In this document: in pieces, positions 23,930 to 36,929 of the stretch
How positions within the stretch are numbered: position 1 is the stretch's first letter
How the letters are laid out: every line of letters begins with the position of its first letter
NCBI GenBank assembly: GCA_002269645.1
Contig: NIVC01000110.1
Coordinates: 372,001-436,000, forward strand
Length of the DNA: 64,000 nt
Direction: 5' to 3'
DNA from: Macrostomum lignano
Taxonomy: Eukaryota
Program-made: the position numbers and the translations under genes
Notes under the pieces: generated by a model
What the model was told of the DNA's origin: nothing
Seen by the model: only the letters and a program-made list of their open reading frames with translations
Database searches by the model: none

Positions 23930-24522
23930 GGTGGGGTGTTTTATGGCAAGGAGTGGGGTGGCTTCTGCTGTTGGGGTGTGTTTTTGGGCAGGGATTGAGG
24001 TGTTTGTTGCTTTTGGGGTGTTTTATGGCAGGGAGTGAGTGGGTTGCCGCTGTTCGGGGTGTTTTATGGCAGGGAGCTAGGGGGCTGCCGCTATTCGGGA
24101 TGTTTATGGCAGGGAGTGAGGGGGTTGCCGCTGTTCGGGGTGTTTTATGGCAGGGAGTGAGGGGGTTGTCTGTTCGGGGTGTTTTATGGCAGGGAGTGAG
24201 AGGGTTGTCTGTTCGGGGTGTTTTATGGCAGGAAGTGAGGGGGTTGTCGCTGTTCAGGGTGTTTTATGGCAGGGAGCTAGGGGGCTGCCGCTATTCGGGA
24301 TGTTTATGGCAGGGAGTGAGGGGGTTGCCGCTGTTCGGGGTGTTTTATGGCAGGGAGTGAGGGGGTTGTCTGTTCGGGGTGTTTTATGGCAGGGAGTGAG
24401 GGGGTTGTCTGTTCGGGGTGTTTTATGGCAGGGAGTGAGGGGGTTGTCGCTGTTCAGGGTGTTTTATGGCAGGGAGTGAGGGGGTTGTCGCTGTTCAGGG
24501 TGTTTTATGGCAGGGAGTGAGG
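23930..24522. repeat. About 39-41-bp G-rich minisatellite GGGGTGTTTTATGGCAGGGAGTGAGGGGGTTGTCTGTTC
   Basis: Head-to-tail units just inside the intron after exon 1A. Confidence 0.93.
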
Positions 24523-25059
24523 CGTTAAGCTCGCAGCTGGTAAAGGGTTGGTTGGCAGTGTTAGGCGAGAACGTATTCGGACAGGGAGTGAGTTAAAGAT
24601 ATGAGTTTGAAAGGCATTGAATTTCCTTGGTGCTGAAAAAGCAGATGCAAAAGCTCTTGATTGTGATGACATAGCGCCAAGGTTTACTAAGATCTCTATA
24701 AGGAACATCTTTAACATCTAGAAAGACAGAAAACATCTAATTCTGACTTGCTTTAATTATCATCCATGCTCTGTTATCACTAGATGTGCGTTTACATCTT
24801 CAACGGGGATTTCATCCTTTTGTATCAACCAAGCGACGCTCTAGTCAAAAGTCTAAAAATAGATTGATTCATGTCGTGCTCAACACTCTTAACTATGCCC
24901 GTCCTGCTCTCATCACGAGATGCTGTTTTCTAGTTTGACACTTTGTCCACAAATTTTCCCAATGTATTTGTAAATAAATTGATTTTTTAGCTTTAAGTGG
25001 TAATGAATTTATGACAGCTGCAATCTGTCCGTCTCATCATCTCTTATCGGTGACTCTCA

Positions 25060-25475
25060 TAATCTTTTATCTGTCACTCTCACCATCTGTTATTATCTGT
25101 CAATCTCACCATCTATTATTATCTGTCACTCTCACCATCTGTTATTATCTGTCACTCTCACCATCTGTTATTATCTGTCACTCTCACCATCTATTAATAT
25201 CTGTCACTCTCACCATCTGTTATTATCTGTCACTCTCACCATCTTAATATCTGTCACTCTCACCATCTGTTATTATCTGTCACTCTCACTATCTGTTAAT
25301 ATCTGTCACTCTCACCATCTGTTATTATCTGTCACTCTCACCATCTGTTATTATCTGTCACTCTCACCATCTTAATATCTGTCACTCTCACCATCTGTTA
25401 TTATCTGTCACTCTCACCATCTTAATATCTGTCACTCTCACCATCTGTTATTATCTGTCACTCTCACCATCTGTC
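25060..25475. repeat. 26-bp minisatellite ATCTGTCACTCTCACCATCTGTTATT
   Basis: Read directly from the sequence. Confidence 0.95.
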
Positions 25476-26737
25476 ATCTGAAACTCTCCTAAACTATATT
25501 CTTCAACTCTAAACTTCCAACTTTATCGTCAAGCCAGTCGACTTCCCGTCTGCCTGGCTGCTGGGGTGAAAATCGGGAAAAAAATTATAGTCGAAGCAAA
25601 ACATGCCCTGCTGCTTGGCCATTTTGAGGATTCGGAAATCATTTTGGGAAGCGGCTCATTCCGGGAGGATCATGGCATTCGCCGCAGCTGTTGAGTTTCC
25701 GTTCACCTCTGCACACAGCCCCCCACCCCACCCTCTGACTGCTGAAGGTGCTTCTGACCGCTGAAGTGGAGCCCGTTAAGAAGAGTGAGTCCCGATCTCG
25801 GGAGGTGTGAGAACAGCTCAGCCGCAGCTCTGCTGAGCAGCAAATAAACCAATTGAGTGAGAGAGTGCGGGCAGACTGGCAGAGCCCCCCTCTCTCTGTT
25901 TGCTAAAAAAGTTTTCGGCCTCGAGGTTCAGCCAGCCGAGCCGATGGGCCACTTGAGTTGGTCAGTTTTTTAGGCACTTTTTCCTTTGCCATTGGAAGGC
26001 CTTCGTCGGGCTTCTGGCATAACGGAGATCGGAGGGAACTCATGTTGCGCAGTGCTGCAGTGCCGTAGCTTCTGCTCTTTGTAGGAATTGAATGGGGTTG
26101 TCAACATATCGGTAGATAGCCAACTACCAGTAGGTAGATAGTAGCTGAGTAGGTGGGTTTTCAAATAGTCTCTTGTTAACAACGCTGTTATGCCAGGCAG
26201 ATAAACAAAAAAAGATGAATTTGCTCGAATTTCGACGGGTAGAATCTCGGGTAGAGTTTCCCCCGCAGCTCGTCAGCTCACGCTAAGCTGATGACGGACA
26301 GCATCTGGGGAGTAAATTATTTTTTCGTGGATGTGCAAATGATGAGAGGAAGACTGACGGCAACGGATAGCAGAGCAGTCAGCAGCTACAGTGAGGCAGC
26401 AATGACCCTGATTAGCAAGGTGAGGAAGATGATCAGCACAGCGACAGCAGGTGTTAATACGGTGAAAAAATTCTCCCCATTCCCCGGAAGTCGGTAATTT
26501 TTTCTCCTTGATCCCGCGTGGCTCACCTGGCCGCCCCCCGCCCTCCCCAGCAGTCGCTCGCGGGCTCAGGCCGCTGCTACAGTGGGATGGGGGTGGGGAA
26601 AATGAACAGCTGTAATCTCTTGAGTCTACGGGGCATGAAGAATGTGTCTTTAGCTACTTGTGATTGTGCTGTGTGCTAGTTGGGTAGTTATTAAATAGCA
26701 GAGCCTCTCTGACTGTCTCGCATGTCTATGGAAATAA

Positions 26738-26757
26738 TCTATATATCTATCTATCTG

Positions 26758-26800
<43 letters not shown>

Positions 26801-26827
26801 CTGTCTATCTATCTATCTATCTATCTG

Positions 26828-26860
<33 letters not shown>

Positions 26861-26877
26861 GTATCTATCTATCTCTG

Positions 26878-26976
<99 letters not shown>

Positions 26977-27005
26977 CTGTCTATCTATCTATCTATCTAT
27001 CTCTG

Positions 27006-27060
<55 letters not shown>

Positions 27061-27134
27061 GTCTATCTATCTATCTATCTATCTCTGTCTATCTATCTAT
27101 CTATCTATCTATCTGTGTCTATCTATCTATCTAT
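26738..27134. repeat. (TATC)n microsatellite
   Basis: Read directly from the sequence. Confidence 0.98.
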
Positions 27135-27533
27135 CATGTATTTTAGGCTTACATATTTCTATCCCAGAAAAACTGGGCCGCCCAGGCAAATCCTTCCCGC
27201 GGGTAGCTTGAGGCTGACAAGCCGCGGCCGCCCTCGAATCAAAAATATGCCGGATGCAGCCGCTTCCACTTAGAATTTTATAGCCGCGCCCTTACGCGAT
27301 AGCAAAATCCCCTTGGAAATGTCCCTGCCCAGAAGCCTGGGAGGCTCCCGTCGAAACAGCAGGGATTCGGGCTTGCTGCTCGGGGCATCGGCTGTGCTGG
27401 CTGTTAATAGTCAACTAATTCCCCCATGAGGAGGCCTTTTCTCAAGCGACTTAAAATCTTCAACAGTTAGGCAGAGTGATGAGGCGGAGTTGGAAACTGG
27501 TTTTCTATCGCTTAAATCAAATTGGGATGTCCT

Positions 27534-27636
<103 letters not shown>

Positions 27637-28819
27637 CAAGTAAACAAATAAGCATTTAGCGAGTTTTCTAGAACTATTGGCATTCAAAAAGAAAGTATTG
27701 CTGAGGTTAAGGCATCTGAGCTCATCGTGGATTTCCAATGCAACTTCTCAAAGCTGATTACGCCCGTAAGACCATAAAAAGTGAGAATCCTTCTACATCA
27801 TTACTAACTTGAGTACATTGTACCTACATAGCCTCACCCTTCAGCCTTTATTTCATCCATAAATTTTGCCTAATCCCATCTCTACTGTTCTGAGATCCAG
27901 TTTCTCCATTCTGGACTTGGTCGAATTTCGACTTCAGCCTAATAGTAGCACTTATAGTCAATTAGATTTCATGAGTAGTATTTCAAAATTTCTGCTTAAG
28001 AAAGCTCATTATTAATCTTTTTAGGGAATATCATATTTCTAATTGAATTAAAACTGAGACTGCGGTTGTAATTGATTTGCAAGGAAATAAAGATTAAAAT
28101 GCCGTAGCGTCTACTTAGTCAGTAGACCATTTAGCATTTTTAGTTAATTTTTGCTTGCTCGCTGAAAAAAAATCGCATTATAACTAAGACGATAGGATCG
28201 GGATTTCAGATTTTCCGATACATCCCTAAAGTCTTTAATCCCATACGGTCTAAATTTAGAAACTCGTACTAATCGCAATTTTTTATGGGGGGGGGGACAC
28301 TCACCTGATCCGTGCAGCAGGCCTAATTATAGCCATTGTTGCTTGAATCCCAGTTAGCAGTTAATACGCTTTTGTTTAAGTCTGGTTAAAGTTTTATTGA
28401 AGAGGATCTAAAAATTGCTATTTATAATGACATACGCCTTGTGATTTGAAAGCTAGAAAGCGTTCAATAGAAGATCACCCAGATTGCTCTGGTATCAGTG
28501 CATTGATACAGGATGGCAGCACCAAAACTGTATCGAAATTAGCTTCTTCGCATGACTAATCAGAGAAATCTGTGACAAATTAACTGGAATTTGCAATCTA
28601 TTAGCATCTAACTGCACATATCATAGCATTTATATATGTTAGTAAGTTGCCGTACAACAATACTATTGAGCATTAGTGTGATACGCTTCGCGGTAAAGCG
28701 ATTCTGAAAGAGCCTTTCTGCTGATGCAATTAGCTGGCCAGAGTTGTTTTTGGCCTTTTTATTTTCTATCTATATCTAGGACTGCGGGCCGAATGGGACT
28801 CCATCCATTGGGTGTGGCC

Positions 28820-29377
28820 TCGGGTGGCGGGGCCTCTGAAATCCCCTCCCCCCCCCCTGGATTAGGTTTCTCTCTTTCCTCGGCCTTTCTTTCCGAGTCC
28901 GCCATGCCCCGCCCCTGCTGCTGCCGCTACTCGGCTTGATGAAAAACTGACTTTGCCAAATCAGTCCCCGACAGCCCACCCGTCTCGCATTGCACGGTTG
29001 GCCGTGATTGGCTGCTCGGGCTGATGGACTCTCCGTGGTTGCCTCTAGGTCGAGTAGCCAGAGGTAAAGATTAGCGACACGGCTCTCGGCTGATGCTTCG
29101 AGCTGGAATTCGACTGCACACAAGTTTCGCTGGCGAGCGAGCGGCGTACAAAGAACTGCAGGATTAGCTAGTCCGCTGCTGCCAACCCTTACCGCTGGGC
29201 AGGGGGCTGCTTTATTCCTCCTCAGGTGAGGATCTCAAACAACCTTGTCTCCGCGAAACACAACTTCGAGACAAGCAAAAGAAAGATCGTGTAACGGGGC
29301 AGCTTTCGGCTCCTGTCTCACCGATTTTCCTATTATTCCCGAGGAGCAGCTCAGATCGGGAGAAGCTTGTATAAAAG
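28820..29377 (+). promoter_or_regulatory. Candidate promoter of GluCl exon 1B (GC boxes, reverse CCAAT at 29005-29013, TATAAAAG at 29370-29377)
   Basis: Motif matches in a GC-rich stretch upstream of ATG 29440. Confidence 0.45.
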
Positions 29378-29439
29378 CAGGACTAAGGAGACTGGAAGGG
29401 AGCACGCGGTGCGCCTCTTTTATCGCCTCTCCATCAGCC

Positions 29440-30404
29440 ATGCGAGTCCGCAGTCTCTGCCTTGTGGTCTTTCAACTCGTTTCACTCAGCGTCCAACTGC
29501 TTCAGCCAGCGAGCGCCATCAGAAGGCCTGACAACTACACGAACATTGTCGATCGCATCGTGGACACGATATTCGAGAACTACAACAAGCACCAGAGGCC
29601 CGTTGCCCACCACCTGCCGCTGACAGAGTATGACAGCTCTAAGCGACCCGTGGAGCCGCCAACCGAAGTCAAAGTGAACATGAAAATCCTCAGCATTACC
29701 AAAGTTGACGTCATCAATATGGAGTTCAGCGTCGACATGTACCTGCGGCAATTCTGGCGGGACCACCGACTGGAGTGGGACACCAGGAGGGAGTTCAGCT
29801 TCTACAATGACTCCATCGCAATCCCGGCTAAGAAGGAGCACCTTTGGTTACCCGATCTGTTTTTCCGCAACGGCAAGGAGGGCTACCTGCACAAGATGAC
29901 CCAGCCCAACTACCTGATCAGGGTGGACCCGGACGGAAGCATTTTGTACTCGCAGAAAATCACCATGAAGTTCTCCTGCCAGATGCAACTGCAGACGTTT
30001 CCAATGGACACGCAGACTTGCTTCATGAACATCGGCAGCTACGGGTACACAACTCGCAATCTGCTGTTCAAGTGGAAACGGGACAAGTTGAAAAGCGCCG
30101 TAGAAATGGACCAAATGCAGATCTCGGAGTTCAACACGCCGAAATACGTTGAAGTGAAGGACTGCACGGAAGGCAGCGCCACCAGCACTGGCAATTACGC
30201 CTGCCTGATGGCCATCTTCAGACTGGAGCGACAGCTGAGTAGCTACCTGGCGGGCACGTACATTCCCGCTATACTCATCGTCACAGTCAGCTGGTTGAAC
30301 TTCTGGGTCAGCATTGAGGCAGTGCCAGCCAGGGTGACCCTGGGGCTGCTCACTCTGCTGGGCATCCTGACTCAGGCGTCCACCGTGATGGCCAGTCTGC
30401 CAAG
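29440..30404 (+). CDS. GluCl: GluCl-type Cys-loop receptor, 5' exon 1B (signal peptide, ECD, M1, M2)
   Basis: Paralog of 22919-23883: WLPDLFFRNGK, CQMQLQTFPMDTQTC, CTEGSATSTGNYAC, PARVTLGLLTLLGILTQ; phase-2 donor AG|GTCAGC at 30404/30405. Confidence 0.92.
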
Positions 30405-31811
30405 GTCAGCCGCTGCATGGTCTTGGGGATTCTGCGGGAACTCTGAGACTCGGGGAGAATTGGGGAAAAATAATTTCACAGGATAAGAGAAAGGCGGATT
30501 AATAAGAAAAGAGAGCGCGGAGACAGCGGACGAGGAGGGGAGAGATGGAAAATGGTGCAGTTTGAAAGACGATTTACCGCCAAGCAGCTCTTATCAGTTC
30601 AGTGGAGGACTGAGAGGCAAAAAAGCAGAGGAGAAAACAAATTTCCCGAGCTGAAAAAGATCTCCCAAAAAAGTAAGACTCAGACGTGTCTCTGCACTGA
30701 TCAAAGAAACTTTGCAAGACTCTAATTTGCAGACTTCTCATCTCGGTCTAAAAAATCTAGCCTTGCTCAGCTCAAACAGGTTTTCAACCCGAGTAGAAGC
30801 CTGGCTTCCTGTAGATTCTGCGGGTCTTCATAGATTAAAGGAATTCGCTAGAGGAGGGTGCAGCCTGTATTTCACAGCTGGGAAAATCTAAATTTTATCT
30901 CCCAGCAGTCCTTCATCTTGAATGAGATTTCGAACATGTTTTACTTGCCAACTCGCTCAAATATGACGGACTTACGCTTAGGGGCTTTGGGGACAGTAAA
31001 GTTTATATGCGGACTGTCTGGCTGATGCAAAGAGCTTGTGCTCGGCAAACAGGTTTTTAGACTCTGTACTGCTCAGACGGAAAGTGCTTTGTAGGAGATA
31101 AGAGAGACTGGCGGGGACAGAGAGGCTGTAGAGACTCAAGGATGCAAATATATTTATAAATTTATGCAGATTCAGACCCCAGACAGGGTTCTTATCTACA
31201 TCTACTGCAGCAGAGCTCTCGTTAGCTTCTGTGGGAATCGAAATTCATCTGGGATTGTAGACTTGATTGAATAAAAAAATGTTAACAATCTTCCAATAAA
31301 ACATTGCTAATGAATAATTTAGTCATTATTTGACATCTCTTAGGTATACATCTGAATCTCAGGGGGATGGGCTAGCTATGATGGAGAGGAGAAGCAGGGA
31401 CACCTTGCACTAGTCCGTTAGTCTATCCCTATATTTTGCCCGGAAGTCTGCACCCTGCCCAAGGAGTTTCCATATCCGCAACCCCCGGGCCAGAGCTTCT
31501 TCTGTTGAGTGTCAGCCCTGGCGTCTTTGAAGTGCCAAGTGAGAGGCAAGCTGAAGGAATTCCGGACAACGGAAAGAAGTACATTTGTTCAAGTAAATAA
31601 AGAAAGTCATCATCTTGGGCAAACGTCTCAAACCTCTTCATCTTATGCTTGCGAAACTAAGCGTTAGAATGACACTGGGTTTCTGAGAATACAACACAAA
31701 TACAGACCACGCCCTCTTTTACAATGCTGGATGTCAGTTGATGTCAAACGTAGTTGCTGTTCTGACAAATCAAGATTCTCGTAGCAATTAGTTCCTAACT
31801 GACTTGCAGAT

Positions 31812-32111
31812 ATTAATAATAACTGATAGCACCTGCCCCAATTGGGCCAGATGTGCAACCGACAGCTCAGCCGCAGCTATTGCGCGGCGCATCTGAAGAC
31901 TGCGTATGGCTGTTTAGTCCAAGGACTGGGGGCCATCGTCACACACACCCTCAGTCACCCCAGCTAATGCTGGCACCCATTTTACAGCTGGGTGAACTGA
32001 AGCAATGCAGAGTTAGATGTCTTGCTGAAGAACGCAAATTGTTCCAGTGCGACCCGGAATCGAACCCCCGACTTTCAAGTCGTGAGTCCGACGCTCTAAC
32101 CACTAGGCTAC
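31812..32111 (-). mobile_element. tRNA-derived SINE in the GluCl intron
   Basis: Minus strand: A-box TAGCCTAGTGGTTAGAGCG, B-box GGTTCGATTCC, body motif CCCAGCTGTAAAATGGG resembling the CORE-SINE motif, and a 3' (TTA)n-like tail. The cloverleaf stems do not pair properly. Confidence 0.72.
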
Positions 32112-32236
32112 AAAACCCCTTCAAGCTTCAACTAGCAGAGGAAAGGAATTAGTGCTGAATTAGGTTTTTAATGAAATATGTATCTACATGAAGTATTTAG
32201 CATCCTTGACATGGTCTCCCACCCACTCACACGCAG

Positions 32237-32729
32237 AGTGGCCTACATCAAAGCCATAGACATCTGGATTATCGCCAGCATCATGTTCGTCATCGGAGCT
32301 CTAATCGAATTCGCTGTCGCTTCCTTTCGAGCTCGTCGCACAAAAATCGAGAACTGGCAACAGGAGATTCGCTGCGTGGTTCGCTCCGAACTGCAACGGC
32401 TGGCTGTCATCCGCGGCCCGCCGTTGCAGTTGCCGCAGACAACGGGAACAACTGGCGGAGTCAACGCGCATCACCACCAGATGATGGGAGGCGGCGGATA
32501 TCCCGGCTTCCCAGAGGAGCTTGAAGACCTTCTGGCGGTCAGCATCGAGGACGGAGGAGGCATGGCCAAAGGCGTACCAGCCTCATCGCCGGTGCCCGCA
32601 CCCGACTCCGACATTGACGCCTACAGTCGATTTTTGTTCCCAGCTTGTTTCCTGCTCTACAACTGCTTCTACTGGCTCTACTATCTGGTGCTGGTGATCA
32701 AGATCGAACCGGACCAGGCAGAGAAGTAA
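32237..32729 (+). CDS. GluCl: GluCl terminal exon (M2-M3 loop, M3, intracellular loop, M4)
   Basis: Acceptor ACACGCAG|A at 32236/32237 completes AG|A (Arg), giving LPRVAYIKAIDIWIIASIMFVIGALIEFAV; M4 DIDAYSRFLFPACFLLYNCFYWLYY; stop TAA at 32729. The spliced product is 485 aa with either 5' exon. Confidence 0.92.
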
Positions 32730-34477
32730 CCCACGATAGTCAGGGCTGAGTCTAGTACTCTAGCGCTGATGCTTCCATGTTGGATGGGTAGGATGTGCGA
32801 GAGCAGTATTGCCGTGAGCCACTGAGCTCAATAGATCTACATGTAGTTCCGCATAGATACTTATGGCGAGTTCCTGTTTCTTGTTAATTTGAAAAAAATC
32901 ACAAAACCTGGTGTAATGAAAGTGGACGATCAGAGTTGGCTGTCTCATATTCTCAGTTGGACAAAAGCTTTTACCTCGTAGGGATTGTCCAACCCGATAG
33001 TCCTAAGAAGGCTGGACACTGAAATTGAATGCCAGATGCATCAAGATAATGCGTAATTATAAAAGATTGCCTTTGCCTGTAATAGAGAGAAAGGGAGATA
33101 GCGGGGTACAGTAAGGGATTAAGCTCAGCGAAGCATGCAGCAGCTTCCATAACTGTTGCTAGGCCTTTATTTTCCTACCCATATCTCAGACCCGCAGCCT
33201 GTGTGTCCGATTCGGCGTTAAAAATCTGTGCCCTGCTCCGATGCATCCTTCGAAGGCGTAATTAGTAGGGGAGAGACAGGGCAGCCCCCAGTGTCTTGCA
33301 GCTTCCATTCCTTCGAGCTAGAAGGGCCGTGGGCTCCCTATCGCAACGACTTCGGAGACAGCGCTGATGCATTTTACCCATTCCACTGACTCCTGGCCAT
33401 ATACCAGCGCGGAAATTCTGTTATGCAGGCACGCACTTATGAATTACACACGCTCACACAGGGTTTACAGCGGCCCTGACTTTCTAATCGTCAGGAATGT
33501 ACACTACTCTTGGTTGCAAATCGCTTTGTGAAGCTATTCTGCTTTCTAACATTCCTGGCTTTATTTTGACCTATTCTAAAAATAGCAACACGAAATGTAC
33601 ACTCATTCCCTTTCGAGCCTCAAAGTTCTTCTCTTTCTGTTTTAATCGCTCCTGATTGGTCGGCCTGTTCAAGGTCAAATTTGGAGTGAGGTAGGGGTTC
33701 CATCGGACTGAGAGCGAGTGGCAAATCAAGATGAGCTGAGACAGGGTTAGAGTATCTTTTGCAGGCTGTACACATGCAGTCTTCTGAGTACAATAAACCG
33801 CAACAGGCAAAATTTGTTTTTCTTAAGAAAAAAAACAAAACCTGACCATGTTGAAAACTTACGGATGACTCATCGAGTTCAGTTGGAGTATTCGCTGAGC
33901 TCTAGGGAAAGTGCAGTTCTGCCGAAGCACTGGACAGAGTTTAACTGCCCACCACTCTAATCAAATTATGCTGAACCAGAGCTCCACGCGGGCCAGGAGA
34001 ATGGCAACTCCCAAAAAAATAACTTTTCCCAGTCCCCATCTCAGAGTTTCTGTATACCAGCTCCATGCCTGTGTGATCCATTTCTCTTTGAGGCCTTGGG
34101 GTGCAGTTGTTCCCCCCTCCCCCCCCACCTCCCCCCAGCAATGGCTTTGCTCCCCCCGTGAAGCCCCTGATCCAAAAACTGGACTTGATGCGGATGGAGG
34201 CAACCGGAAGGGCTTATTTATAGCCGATTGTAAGTGTAGCAGAATCTAATAAATTAGACCTCAGGGCTTCAGGAGACGTTCTTCAACAATTAATTCCATT
34301 CTAATAGCGAAATCCTAGACAATTTATAACTTCTCGTCTCAAGATTGTCTCTGGTAAAACCCCATTTGATTTGATGGTTAAGCCAACCAAGTTCTGAACA
34401 GAAGAGGAAGCGAATTCATACGAGCTAATACGGCCATAGACATCAGCACAAAGAAGCCATGATTTTTTTGGGGGGGG

Positions 34478-35017
34478 GGGGGCGCCAAGCCTGCTGGAAA
34501 GGGGGCGCCAAGCCTGCTGGAAAGGAGGCGCCAAGCCTGCTGGAAAGGGGGCGCCAAGCCTGCTGGAAAGAAGGGCGCCAAGCCTGCTGGAGAGGGGGGC
34601 GCCAAGCCTGCTGGAAAGGGGGGCGCCAAGCCTGCTGGAAAGGGGGCGCCAAGCCTGCTGGAAAGGGGGGGGGCGCCAAGCCTGCTGGAAAGGGGGCGCC
34701 AAGCCTGCTGGAAAGGGGGCGCCAAGCCTGCTGGAAAGGAGGCGCCAAGCCTGCTGGAAAGGGGGCGCCAAGCCTGCTGGAAAGGGGGGGGGGGGCGCCA
34801 AGCCTGCTGGAAAGGGGGCGCCAAGCCTGCTGGAAAGGGGGCGCCAAGCCTGCTGGAAAGGGGGGGGGGCGCCAAGCCTGCTGGAAAGGGGGGGGCGCCA
34901 AGCCTGCTGGAAAGGGGGGGGCGCCAAGCCTGCTGGAAAGGGGGGGGGGCGCCAAGCCTGCTGAAAAGGGGGCGCCAAGCCTGCTGAAAAGGGGGCGCCA
35001 AGCCTGCTGGAAAGGGG
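34478..35017. repeat. About 23-30-bp minisatellite GGCGCCAAGCCTGCTGGAAAG(G)n
   Basis: Constant core with a variable-length G run. Confidence 0.95.
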
Positions 35018-36929
35018 GGTGTGAAGCTATTATTAAATTTTTGAGCCCCTTGAATCATGCTTAAACATCGACTTCCCAGTGGCCCAGACAGGCTTCCGAT
35101 CCCGACTATGTTTATGGGCAAGACCAAATGGACTGCTGCCAAAGGGAATTTCAGAATGCCAAAGGGCTTAACTATCAAGTTGTGGCTGTCAACTGAAATA
35201 TAACCTTCATTCAAGTTGTGAAGAATTAAGGAAAACTAGCTTTATACATGTCGGCATCTGCGAATACATTGACTTGCAAAACGTCTGTACAAACGAGATT
35301 CCAAAATATATTTTAAAAGTCCAGCCTTCAACTAAATTTCTAAAACTTTGAAAGTTCCATGTAAATCGCGGCTATTTGTAGCAATTGGTCTACTATTGAA
35401 TACTTTGTCAAATTAACAGCTTTTAACTTTTCCGTTAGACAGCAGGTTTTTGCTATTAATTGTTTTGCTTTGTTCCGTTCTTGTCAAAAAGGCATATTTA
35501 ATAAAATTGAATTTCCATATAAATTACGTTTAGCTCGTGTTGTAAATAAAAAATTTTATTCATTTAAAAAACGCTTTTTACATGAATTGTAGAGCTAGTG
35601 CGGAAAATTTCGAATTGAATTAACGTAAAAAATATAACGGCATTAACAAAAGTTTCTATTTTGCTTGTAACTCGATGTTTTACATCGTATTTTCATGCCA
35701 CCCCCTAACTTCGTCGCAATGATCCAGTTTGTTGATGAAGAAACACTTGTATTTTTAGTATCTATTTTTTGGTGCAGTTGTGGTATATTTTTGTTTACTA
35801 AAATAACTACTCGCGCTTAATTTGTTTGTAAGTTTTGTCCGGAAATTTTATCGGAACAGGTGGCGGGTCAATTAATGTACTTTGTTAGAATCTGCTCCAG
35901 TTAATGTAATTGTGTTAACGCACTGTTAAACAATTTTAATTAGCTTGCAAGAGAATTAATATACATCAATTTTTAATGTTATGTACATTTATGTTATTAA
36001 TACATGCATATATTAATGAGCTGTAATTCAAAATATAAATCTCATTTTCGGACACCGTTGGTCTCAAAGTAAACTTTGGAAACCGTGAGCTTTTGTACAG
36101 GTGCAGGTACATGGATCAGCGCTACAATTAAGGTAATATATGCATGTCACCGACTCCTAATTATAGTCCTAAATGCATAGAACATGGTAGCGAAATTCCA
36201 CTGAAAAAAAACAACCCGGTGGGACTTCAGTTAAACAAAACACTGATAAGCTGATATTTCAAATAAACAAAGTACCGTCAGAATTAAACACGCCATTTAA
36301 ACAAAATATCACATGAAAACACGTACACATCGTCAAACATCGTCAGCAAACACTCCAGAACAAAACTGCAGTTAATCGATGCATGCATTGTCATGTACTG
36401 CTTGCTAGAGAGTATTCTACTAGCCATTTAGCCCCCCGCTGGGGAGCCCTAAAATGACACCAATTGATTTTTATTTTGACACAAGAGTAACCTTACTATA
36501 ATTATCCAAAATGTTGATTTCCATTAATAAAATATTACCTTTTCTCATTTTGGCAAAAACAAATTGCCATGAATCAGAACTTTCATCAGCCAAAAAAGTT
36601 TCCTTCATCAGCCCAAAACCCTTTCTCAATCAGCAAATAGTGCTGATCCTTTCAAGCACAAACTCTTAGTGCATATCGTCGCTGGCCGGGGCATATTCTT
36701 ATCCGCAGCAAATATGCAAATCACTGACGGCCTTAGACCCTCTCTTTTAATTAGCCTAAATCAAAGAATGAAACCTTTAATAAATGCGCTGGTATTTCCT
36801 ATTAGCAGAAATCAGCATCACTTGTGTGTACTATTTCAATATCTGAACTACATGAGCTACTTCAGCCGTACTACCTGACTATCTGACAATCGCCCAACAA
36901 CCTAACACCCCTAACAATTCAGCCATCAT

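Noticed and set aside
25640-25740. Peptide IMAFAAVEF as a possible M3 exon for GluCl exon 1A
   Set aside because: It lacks the YxKAIDxW motif, has no M4, has no suitable phase-2 acceptor, and hits a stop soon after.
29245-29439. N-terminal extension of the GluCl 1B ORF from the TTG at 29245
   Set aside because: This is a bacterial-style start; ATG 29440 directly precedes the signal peptide and follows a TATA-like box.
32044-32118. Possible true tRNA gene on the minus strand
   Set aside because: Acceptor and T stems do not pair, and it continues into a SINE-like body and tail.
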